Shown: one piece after another, positions 56,778 to 64,000 of the stretch | Layout: every line of letters begins with the position of its first letter | Numbering within the stretch: the stretch's first letter is position 1 | From: a bacterium | Lineage (GTDB): Bacteria > Patescibacteriota > Minisyncoccia > Phycocordibacterales > PALSA-1337 | Assembly: GCA_025355565.1 (NCBI GenBank) | Contig: JANXZK010000022.1 | Location: forward strand, 3,490-67,489 | Reading direction: 5' to 3' | DNA: 64,000 nucleotides | Notes under the pieces: generated by a model | The model's input: the letters and a program-made list of their open reading frames with translations, nothing else | The model's database searches: none | Told to the model about the DNA's origin: nothing | Translations under genes and position numbers: made by a program

Positions 56778-57810
56778 ATGTTGTTATTCTCGTACAAAAC
56801 AGATAGTAGTTGTTTTTCAAGTATTCAGTTTCAGCATTGTATGTTTTGGTATATGTCTTGGAAACATCCGAGAGATTTTCTGCAAACAAGAATGTATCGT
56901 TGGATTTTTGATAAGCCAGCAGCAGATATTTAGCCTTAAAGTAATCGACATTTTTTACATACCTTTGCATAAACTCATTTGATTCCGACAGTGCCCATGT
57001 ACTAACAAATAAATCAACATGTTCATTGGTTAGCAGTTTACCAATCTTTTCCAGTATTTTTTTGTCCAATGGTATTATGTTTATCAACCCCTTTTTTATT
57101 TGAATATTTTGGCCATGAACCATGTTGATAGCTGAGCTTCCAAAAATTGCTTTTAGGTAAAGAGCTTGAATATATGAGAATATGGGGATGTCAATGATAG
57201 TGTAGGTACAATCATAATTAATCTGCTTATATATCTTTGCAAGGTTGCCGTATCCTCCACCGACTTCAACAACATTGTTTATGTCTCCTAGTTTAGTTTT
57301 TGTTTCTAAGCAGAATTTTGTCAGGTGATAGAGGTGATGAATATTATTTCCAGATGTAAAGTATTCGATATCATTTAACATTGGTTTTCCGACGTTATAT
57401 TCACGTAAGATGTTTCTAGCGGAACGCAAATCGTAATGGTCAGAAATCAGTCGTTTTTGAATTTCTTTCCAACCTCGGAAACTATAAACGAACATAGTGT
57501 TCTTGATTACGGGGTAGTTGAGAAAAGAAAAAGAGAAGTTATGTAAATAATAGTTTTCGATTTCACTCGTGTTTTTTCTCCATTGATCAATCACAAAATC
57601 AGCATAATCATATTTGTCTTTGTTTTCCAGATATAGATTTTTCATTTCGTGATATATTGTTTTGTACAATTTCTGACCAATTCGTCTTGAAAACGGTGAG
57701 ACGAGTTGAGAATAAATGGTTTTATATAAATCTAAAACGGTTGTATTCCGTTTTATTTTAGAGACTAACTCCCGTATTCTATTTTTCATTTTTTTGAATT
57801 CTGAAATCAA
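56761..57810 (-). CDS. putative SAM-dependent methyltransferase-like protein
   Basis: VVEVGGGYGNLAKIY is a GxGxG-type motif in the class I methyltransferase context. 349 aa. Confidence 0.4.
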   Translation of the reverse strand: MISEFKKMKNRIRELVSKIKRNTTVLDLYKTIYSQLVSPFSRRIGQKLYKTIYHEMKNLYLENKDKYDYADFVIDQWRKNTSEIENYYLHNFSFSFLNYPVIKNTMFVYSFRGWKEIQKRLISDHYDLRSARNILREYNVGKPMLNDIEYFTSGNNIHHLYHLTKFCLETKTKLGDINNVVEVGGGYGNLAKIYKQINYDCTYTIIDIPIFSYIQALYLKAIFGSSAINMVHGQNIQIKKGLINIIPLDKKILEKIGKLLTNEHVDLFVSTWALSESNEFMQRYVKNVDYFKAKYLLLAYQKSNDTFLFAENLSDVSKTYTKTYNAETEYLKNNYYLFCTRITTYVQSR

Positions 57811-59047
57811 ATAATAATGCCATCCGCCCTATGCTATTTCCACCATAAATCAATGATCTCGGATTATTTTTGTCGTCAATAATCTCAATGCCTAGATTCA
57901 ACTTATGATCAAACGTCATTATCATTGGTCTGTGAATGTTGACATTGTAGAGAAATAACCCAGTATTGAATGTGAATGGCGGTATCTCGGCTGTGACTGA
58001 GTAATCACCTACCTCGAGGTTGCCGACATCCATCGTCTTGTCAGAAGGGGATGCGAGAAGCAATATTTCTCCTTGATCAAAGAATGCCAGTGACACCATC
58101 GTCTTGGTAAGTGGTTTGAAAACAGAAATATCTGTCTTGATAAAGAATCTTTCTGAGACCGGTATTCTAGCCGACGGTTTTTCATCTTTATCGAGAATAG
58201 TGACTCTGGAGATTTGTGCATCTTTGCTATTGTCAACGCTAAAATCAGTGATGGCGTTCGCGTGCTCGCCTTTGTTCAAATAGTGGTGTATCACCTTATC
58301 AGTGTCATCGAACATCTTGAACTCGCCTTTTTCGAGCAGGATAGATTTTTTGCATAGATTCTGTATAACGCCCATATTATGGCTTACGAACAATATTGTC
58401 CTGCCTTCTTTTTTTGAAATCTCATCCATCTTTCCTAGACATTTCTTTTGGAACTCCGTATCACCGACGGCTAACACTTCATCGACGATCAATATATCTG
58501 GTTCCATGTGAGCGGCGACTGAAAAGGCGAGCCGGACATACATGCCGCTCGAGTAATATTTTACTGGAGTATCGAGGAACTTTTCGATGCCAGCAAATTC
58601 GACGATCTGATCGAATTTCTTGACTATCTCTCTTTTTGTCATACCGAGGATCGCACCATTTAACATGATGTTTTCTCGTCCAGTGAGCTCTGGGTGAAAA
58701 CCGGTACCGACTTCTAGTAGACTGCCGACAGTTCCGTGAATCTTGATCTCACCAGTTGTTGGTGGTGTGATCTGGGAGATGATCTTTAGTAAAGTTGATT
58801 TGCCTGCACCATTTCTGCCGATGATGCCTATAACCTCTCCTTTGTTAACTGAAAAGTTTAGATCTTTCAGTGCCCAATAATCTTCTCTGGATTGGAAACC
58901 TGTAACTTGTTTCGCTTTTGCTTTTAGAAAACTAAACGGAGACTTGAGCGCATTCATTAAAACGTCGCGCAGAGATATGTATCTGCCTTGCTGATGGTTT
59001 ATGTTGTATTTCTTTCCTAGATTTTTTACTTCAATGATTGGTTCCAT
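57779..59047 (-). CDS. wzt: polysaccharide ABC exporter ATP-binding protein (Wzt/TagH-like) with a C-terminal carbohydrate-binding extension
   Basis: Walker A GIIGRNGAGKSTLLKII, LSGG-like signature YSSGMYVRLAF, Walker B ILIVDE, plus a C-terminal non-ABC domain of about 150 aa. Confidence 0.85.
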   Translation of the reverse strand: MEPIIEVKNLGKKYNINHQQGRYISLRDVLMNALKSPFSFLKAKAKQVTGFQSREDYWALKDLNFSVNKGEVIGIIGRNGAGKSTLLKIISQITPPTTGEIKIHGTVGSLLEVGTGFHPELTGRENIMLNGAILGMTKREIVKKFDQIVEFAGIEKFLDTPVKYYSSGMYVRLAFSVAAHMEPDILIVDEVLAVGDTEFQKKCLGKMDEISKKEGRTILFVSHNMGVIQNLCKKSILLEKGEFKMFDDTDKVIHHYLNKGEHANAITDFSVDNSKDAQISRVTILDKDEKPSARIPVSERFFIKTDISVFKPLTKTMVSLAFFDQGEILLLASPSDKTMDVGNLEVGDYSVTAEIPPFTFNTGLFLYNVNIHRPMIMTFDHKLNLGIEIIDDKNNPRSLIYGGNSIGRMALLFDFRIQKNEK

Positions 59048-59052
59048 ATATT

Positions 59053-59877
59053 TTATACTATATCTGCGAAATACCTTTCGACTTTCTTAAATATATAAAT
59101 GCCTACGAACAGCAATACTAAGCATGCCACGAACGATATTCCGATAAGTTCCCAGTTGATGGGTGCCGTTCCCAATAGAGCAGCGCGAGCACTCTGTATC
59201 GCTCCAGTCATCGGATTTAGAGCTAGTAAGTACGAATACTTTCCAGCGATGCTTGCAGGATATATGACTGGTGTGATGAATAACAACATTTGGATGAAGA
59301 ATGGGAGAGCGTATCTGACGTCGCGATATTTTACATTGATTGACGCTAGAATGAGCCCGAAACCGACTGATGCCATGAATGAAATGATCAAGACCAGTGG
59401 GATCACGATGATGCTCGACGGTTGGGGTGCAAATCCATAGAAGATCATCATTACTGCCAAGATTATAGCGGCGATGAAAAAGTCGACTAATTTTGTTAAT
59501 ACTGACGAAAGTGGCAAAATTAGGCGAGGAAAATATACTTTTGTAATGATCGCTTGATTTGCAATGAGACAGTTGCTGGTTTCACTCAATGCCGTTGAAA
59601 AAAACTGCCAAAATAGGAGCCCTGTGAATACGAAGATAGGATAGGGGATGCCATCTGATGGGACCTTCGCAAGACTTCCAAAAAAAACAGTAAAAACAAC
59701 CATGGTTATAAGCGGTTGGAATATAGCCCATGCGATGCCGATCATCGTCTGTTTATATCTAACCTTCAGGTCTCTCCATGTAAAGAAATACAATAGTTCC
59801 TTGTATTGCCAGAGCTCTTTGAGATCAGATAGGTGAAAAAGCTTCTTTGGTCTGATGACCGTGACCTTTGTTGACAT
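59053..59877 (-). CDS. wzm: ABC-2 type polysaccharide exporter permease (Wzm/TagG-like)
   Basis: Six predicted transmembrane helices and the ABC-2 family signature region. Translationally adjacent to wzt. Confidence 0.8.
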   Translation of the reverse strand: MSTKVTVIRPKKLFHLSDLKELWQYKELLYFFTWRDLKVRYKQTMIGIAWAIFQPLITMVVFTVFFGSLAKVPSDGIPYPIFVFTGLLFWQFFSTALSETSNCLIANQAIITKVYFPRLILPLSSVLTKLVDFFIAAIILAVMMIFYGFAPQPSSIIVIPLVLIISFMASVGFGLILASINVKYRDVRYALPFFIQMLLFITPVIYPASIAGKYSYLLALNPMTGAIQSARAALLGTAPINWELIGISFVACLVLLFVGIYIFKKVERYFADIV

Positions 59878-59939
59878 ATGCCCATCCTACCATAACCTTG
59901 CTCCCTTGTTGAGTATTTGCTATTTATTCAGTATGATGT

Positions 59940-62324
59940 ATGAATTCTGCAAATTATCATAACAATCGACAGAAGATATCCACATTTAATACGTCTATGA
60001 AAATAATAACCAAATATATTTCGATCGTCGCTCTGTTCCTGGTACCGCTCTTTCCCCTCATTGTCGCCAACTCCTATTTCTTCCCATTCATCACGGGTAA
60101 AGCGTTCTTTTTCCGTATTGTTGTGGAGATCGCCTTTGCGGCGTGGATTATTTTGGCATTTCTAGATGCCAAATATAGGCCAAGGTTTACTTTGCTCAAT
60201 GTCGGCGTAACATTGTTCGCAGTAGTCGCTCTCATCGCAGATCTCCTTGGTGTCAATCCGATGCGCAGTCTCTGGTCCAACTTCGAACGCATGGAAGGTT
60301 GGATAGTGATAGTACATCTATGGGCATTCTACATAACTTCAACAAGTTTGTTCGGTGCTTTGACTGCAACGGGGGCAGGCGCAGTGGCTGGTGGTACTGG
60401 TGGTGGAGCTGGTGCGGCATGGAAGAAGATCTGGCACAGATGGCTAAACTGTTCTCTAGCGATCGCCACAATCATCTCACTTTATGGTATCGGACAATTG
60501 CTCGGCTGGTTCGCTATCCACCAGTCAGCTGCTCGTCTCGATGCGACGATCGGTAACTCCGCGTATCTCGGTATCTACATAGTGATCCATATGTTCATCG
60601 TTGCCTATATGTATTTTGCCGTCAGGAGTGATGAGTTTAATGGAAAAAAATTCCTTCAATGGGCGTATCCGGTGTTATTCGTTTTCTTTGGATTCATCGC
60701 TCTCGAGACTCAGACTCGCGCGGCAGTATTGGGTCTCGGCACAGGGCTCATGATCGGGTTACTGCTTTACACGATCTTTGCCGGAAAGTCGCGCAATGGC
60801 TATGGTCATTTGCATGCCGGCCAAACAAACGCTGATCGTTCACACGGTGATATATCGATGTCGAGCACATCCCTCAACAAGAGCCGTAAAGTTACAGGCA
60901 TCATTTTTGGTGTGATCATCTTGCTCGGCATATCGTTCATCGTTGAAAGGAAACAGCCGTTCTTTGCGAACAGCCCGATATTTGGCCGCCTAGCTAGCCT
61001 CTCATTATCCCAGTTCCAAAATGAAGGCCGTGCATACATCTGGCCCATGGCGATAAAGGGTGGTCTAGAGAGACCTATCTTCGGATGGGGTCAAGAGAAT
61101 TTTAATTACATATTCAATGCCAACTATGCTCCGCAAATGTATGGTCAGGAACAATGGTTTGACCGCGCGCATAGCGTATTCCTCGATTGGTTCGTGGCAT
61201 CCGGATTCGTTGGTTTGTTCGCATATCTCGCTCTATTCGTGCTGGTCCTAATCACCATCTGGAAAGCTGACCTCTCGTCGTTGTCGGTGGCCAAAAAATG
61301 CGTATTGACAGGTCTCATCGTCGCTTACGCTGTGAACAACTTGGCTGTGTTTGATAACCTCGCGAGCTACGTATTCTTCTTTGCGGTTCTCGCATTTGTG
61401 AATTCATTCAGGGAAGGGAAGCAGATCCGCTCGCTCGGCGTAACTCCTGTCCGTATCGATGCTGTCGAATATATCGTCGCACCGATCGTCATCGTTCTTT
61501 TGGTGGTTGTCGTCTATATGCTCAACGTTCGACCTATCCAAGCCAACACTCGTCTCATTACCGCTTTGAGAAGTTGTGGCAGTGGCAAGCCGGATGCGTC
61601 CTTGTTCGAAAGCGCTCTCGGGGTGAATACGTATGTTGCTAACCAGGAGATCCGAGAGCAGTTGTTCTCATGCGCGACACAGGTCATCTCGAGCCAACAG
61701 AGCCCAAATCAATTGAAACAACGATTTTTCGCATTGACTTCTAGTGAGATCGCGGCACAGATCAAGGCGACTCCGAAAGATGCTCGGGCTTATGTTCTCG
61801 GCGGTTCATTCATGAATGATGTCGGTCAGGTAGCAGAAGGGTTGTCATTGTTCGAGAAGGCTCATGAACTCTCACCGGCAAAACAGTCCGTAAGTATTGC
61901 TCTCGCCAATGACTACTTGAGCGCCGGTAAGAAAGATGAGGCGGTCGCGCTCTTGGAACAGGCGTATCAGTCAGAGACGGATGATTTTTCAGCAAAAGTC
62001 TCATACGCGAGCGGTCTGGTTTTGACGGGCAAAGAAACAGAGTCTAGAGCTATGTTCGCCAATGATCCAGCGATCTTTGATACCCAACAGATGGCCAATA
62101 TCTTTGCGTCGCTGAAACAATATTCTAAGGCGATCGAGATCTATAACCAGCTGATCGGTACTAGTACCAAGGATGTGAATCTGATGGGATCATTGGCTCA
62201 ACTGCAATATACGGCTGGTTTGAAAGACGCGGCTGTGAGGACCTTGCAAAGTATTCTCGTCGATCATCCGGAGTATAAAAATCAAGTCGACGGGGCGGTC
62301 AAGCAGATCAGGAGTGGGAAGTAA
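59940..62324 (+). CDS. polytopic membrane protein with an O-antigen ligase/Wzy_C-like domain and C-terminal TPR repeats (candidate O-oligosaccharyltransferase or ligase)
   Basis: At least ten predicted transmembrane helices. The Wzy_C-like loop motif FDRAHSVFLDWFVASGFVGL, a Gly/Ala-rich insert (TATGAGAVAGGTGGGAGAA) and a TPR-like region of about 250 aa at the C-terminus. Confidence 0.6.
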   Translation: MNSANYHNNRQKISTFNTSMKIITKYISIVALFLVPLFPLIVANSYFFPFITGKAFFFRIVVEIAFAAWIILAFLDAKYRPRFTLLNVGVTLFAVVALIADLLGVNPMRSLWSNFERMEGWIVIVHLWAFYITSTSLFGALTATGAGAVAGGTGGGAGAAWKKIWHRWLNCSLAIATIISLYGIGQLLGWFAIHQSAARLDATIGNSAYLGIYIVIHMFIVAYMYFAVRSDEFNGKKFLQWAYPVLFVFFGFIALETQTRAAVLGLGTGLMIGLLLYTIFAGKSRNGYGHLHAGQTNADRSHGDISMSSTSLNKSRKVTGIIFGVIILLGISFIVERKQPFFANSPIFGRLASLSLSQFQNEGRAYIWPMAIKGGLERPIFGWGQENFNYIFNANYAPQMYGQEQWFDRAHSVFLDWFVASGFVGLFAYLALFVLVLITIWKADLSSLSVAKKCVLTGLIVAYAVNNLAVFDNLASYVFFFAVLAFVNSFREGKQIRSLGVTPVRIDAVEYIVAPIVIVLLVVVVYMLNVRPIQANTRLITALRSCGSGKPDASLFESALGVNTYVANQEIREQLFSCATQVISSQQSPNQLKQRFFALTSSEIAAQIKATPKDARAYVLGGSFMNDVGQVAEGLSLFEKAHELSPAKQSVSIALANDYLSAGKKDEAVALLEQAYQSETDDFSAKVSYASGLVLTGKETESRAMFANDPAIFDTQQMANIFASLKQYSKAIEIYNQLIGTSTKDVNLMGSLAQLQYTAGLKDAAVRTLQSILVDHPEYKNQVDGAVKQIRSGK

Positions 62325-62661
62325 TTGAGTCTATTTATCCACACCCTGTCATTGAAATTCTCGCCAATTCTTGCTATATTCACGAGGTGAGTAATCGTGT
62401 GGGCAGTATCCAAAGCAAATGTTTCGCAAAGTGTCCCCCTCGGGGGCCTTTTGCGTTATAGGGGCAATCAGTTATAATAGGCGAGGATTGTACCAAATGA
62501 CGGCGACGGTTGTACTCACATTAAATTTAAACATTTTTATTTGGAGCTCGCACCCGTCGCCATCATTGGGCGCAATAATAATGATGCATTGTTGAAATAT
62601 TTTGACGTAAGATTTTGCTCCAGTGTGGTCAGATCTTCTATACGCATGACATGAAAATGAT

Positions 62662-63702
62662 ATGAAAATCAGAGAAAATATACCGATAGCTCCATACACG
62701 ACATTTAAGATCGGCGGACCTGCCAGATTTTTTTGTTCGGTTACGAGTGAAGATGAATTGGTAGAGGCTGTAGGATTTTCTCGAGACAAGAAGATTCCAT
62801 TCCTAATGCTCGGTGGCGGATCGAACCTTTTGATCGCTGATAATGGATTTGACGGTCTGGTCATCCGAAATGAGATCATGGGTAAGAAATTTGTAGAAAA
62901 TCGAGGCGTAAAAGACGCAAAAGATTTCGTTTTGGTCGAAGCTGGTGCCGGTGAAGACTGGGAGTCTCTAGTTGCAGAAGTCGTCGCGAGAGGTCTATAT
63001 GGTATGGAGAATCTCTCATCTATACCAGGTAAGGTTGGGGCTTCACCAGTGCAGAATGTCGGAGCGTACGGAGTGGATGCTTCAAATATCATCCAGTCTG
63101 TTCGCGCGTTGGATACGACGACTATGGAGTTCGTCGATCTGTCAAATGCTGATTGTCTATTTTCATATAGAGACAGCATCTTTAAACATGAGAAAGGGCA
63201 CTATGCCATATCGAGAGTCACCTATAAATTGCAAAAAGATGGAAAAGTGCAGACTTCTTATAAAGGGTTAAAAAATTATCTGTCGGAGAACGGCATCACT
63301 GATCCTTCAATAATGGAGGTTCGCGACGCGATTGTAGAGATACGAAAAAACAAGCTACCAGATTGGACGAAGTGGGGAACAGCTGGTTCATTTTTCAAAA
63401 ATCCGATCATTTCTCATGAGAAGTTTCAAGAGCTCAAGGTCAGATACCCGGAACTCCCTGGTTTTCCAGAATCTGATGGTCGTGTTAAGGTCTCTCTCGG
63501 ATACGTATTGGACAAGATATGTAACAAAAAAGGCATAGTCATGGGCAATGCTGGTACTTATGAGAAACAAGCCTTGGTCATCGTTACGAAGCCTGGCGCG
63601 AAAGCGGCAGAAGTCATCGCTCTGGCACGAGATCTCATGAAGGACGTCTTTGATCATACTGGTATAAAGATCGATTCTGAAGTCGAGTGGGCGGTGGTGT
63701 AG
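62662..63702 (+). CDS. murB: UDP-N-acetylenolpyruvoylglucosamine reductase
   Basis: FAD-binding N-terminus (PYTTFKIGGPARFF, LMLGGGSNLL) and the MurB C-terminal domain. Confidence 0.85.
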   Translation: MKIRENIPIAPYTTFKIGGPARFFCSVTSEDELVEAVGFSRDKKIPFLMLGGGSNLLIADNGFDGLVIRNEIMGKKFVENRGVKDAKDFVLVEAGAGEDWESLVAEVVARGLYGMENLSSIPGKVGASPVQNVGAYGVDASNIIQSVRALDTTTMEFVDLSNADCLFSYRDSIFKHEKGHYAISRVTYKLQKDGKVQTSYKGLKNYLSENGITDPSIMEVRDAIVEIRKNKLPDWTKWGTAGSFFKNPIISHEKFQELKVRYPELPGFPESDGRVKVSLGYVLDKICNKKGIVMGNAGTYEKQALVIVTKPGAKAAEVIALARDLMKDVFDHTGIKIDSEVEWAVV

Positions 63703-63732
63703 GTGCGTGCGTGTTTTTATTGGAGCTAAAAT

Positions 63733-63999
63733 ATGCTACAGTGGACTATCTTTATGTCATTTTTCAGTAAATTAATGGGGGAATCGCACACCAGAGGTGT
63801 TAAAGAATTCCGACCTATAGTTGTGAAAGTCAATGCACTCGAAGCACAGATCCGAGCTCTTTCTGATACAGAACTTTGCGCAAAGACAGATGAATTCAGG
63901 AAACGATTGAGAGTCTCCAAGGATGAAGATGAGAATAAAGATGGGAAAATAGGCTCAAATGATACGCAAAATCGTACAGATGCGAACACTCTTTATGAT
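63733..63999 (+). CDS. secA: preprotein translocase ATPase SecA, N-terminal fragment (continues beyond window)
   Basis: The translation MLQWTIFMSFFSKLMGESHTRGVKEFRPIVVKVNALEAQIRALSDTELCAKTDEFRKRL matches the SecA N-terminus (MLxKLLxKVFGSxNDRxLRRxRKxVxxINxxExxxxxLSDEELxxKTxEFRxRL). GGAG RBS 7 nt upstream. Not in the ORF track because no stop falls in the window. Confidence 0.75.
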   Translation, partial: MLQWTIFMSFFSKLMGESHTRGVKEFRPIVVKVNALEAQIRALSDTELCAKTDEFRKRLRVSKDEDENKDGKIGSNDTQNRTDANTLYD

Positions 64000-64000
64000 A

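Noticed and set aside
62436-62455. CCCC-TCG-GGGG stem followed by TTTT downstream of the Wzy_C-TPR gene as a terminator
   Set aside because: The stem is only 4-5 bp with a 2-4-nt loop. Plausible, but too weak to call confidently.
62472-63179. 235-aa minus-strand ORF overlapping the murB 5' half and the upstream intergenic region
   Set aside because: It is antisense to the well-supported murB CDS, has low-complexity Ser/Thr/Pro-rich composition and no motifs. Likely spurious.
63726-63989. 87-aa minus-strand ORF at the window end
   Set aside because: Antisense to the clear SecA N-terminal coding sequence on the plus strand.
1-63999. CRISPR arrays, transposases/integrases, rRNA genes, and alternative genetic code (UGA recoding)
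   Set aside because: No regularly spaced direct repeats were seen, and no transposase or integrase motifs. There is no rRNA-like sequence. All long ORFs, for example the 794-aa, 732-aa and 660-aa ones, are uninterrupted under the standard code.

Overview
The window is a gene-dense, mostly low-GC bacterial chromosome segment read in the standard genetic code. Long ORFs are uninterrupted, so there is no sign of UGA recoding. Several ribosomal proteins carry N- or C-terminal extensions (S10, L23, S19, L22). Together with the small-protein content, this hints at a CPR/Patescibacteria-like genome; that is inference only.

Layout, left to right:
(1) 1-10.4 kb: the tail of a 2-hydroxyacid dehydrogenase, a prepilin-LamG protein, L25, a membrane coiled-coil protein with an SLT domain, then a minus-strand block of alr, a second prepilin-LamG paralog, secG, an orphan family-5 substrate-binding protein (SBP) and RNase J.
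(2) 10.4-12.0 kb: a compact cassette of about 58% GC with a consensus promoter, two secreted proteins and a terminator, followed by about 1 kb of AT-rich gene-poor DNA.
(3) 13.1-21.4 kb: tuf plus the S10/spc ribosomal protein cluster, S10 through L5. It ends abruptly after rplE and has an unusual 277-bp spacer between rplB and rpsS.
(4) 21.4-24.2 kb: a small unit bounded by a promoter and a terminator, tRNA-Leu(CAG), tRNA-Ile(GAT), and an AT-rich islet holding a MazF/PemK-like ORF, a SAM methyltransferase and a membrane protein with a GspG-like pseudopilin motif.
(5) 24.3-36.1 kb: pyk, radC, murD, a LysW-like zinc ribbon divergent from a PLP enzyme, and a minus-strand peptidoglycan-precursor operon. 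That operon runs ATP-grasp ligase, NlpC/P60-motif protein, mraY, a Fem/ATE-superfamily aminoacyl-transferase-like gene, murC. rsmI follows.
(6) 36.1-40.3 kb: a GH-like TIM-barrel protein and a DUF87/VirD4-like ATPase with a disordered tail.
(7) 40.4-59.9 kb: a 23-gene minus-strand glycan locus. It holds GT2, GT11, a GT2-GT9 fusion, FkbM and class I methyltransferases, GDPD, a LicC-like nucleotidyltransferase, a HAD hydrolase, GalE-like, GmhB, HddA, HddC, Gmd-like, and the Wzm/Wzt ABC exporter. A divergent Wzy_C/O-antigen-ligase-like-TPR membrane protein sits next to it.
(8) murB and the start of secA.

No CRISPR array, transposase or rRNA gene was seen. The best candidates for new biology are the non-canonical genes embedded in the peptidoglycan operon, the ABC-dependent, 6-deoxyheptose-like glycan locus with a WaaL-like-TPR candidate O-oligosaccharyltransferase, and the paired prepilin-LamG proteins.
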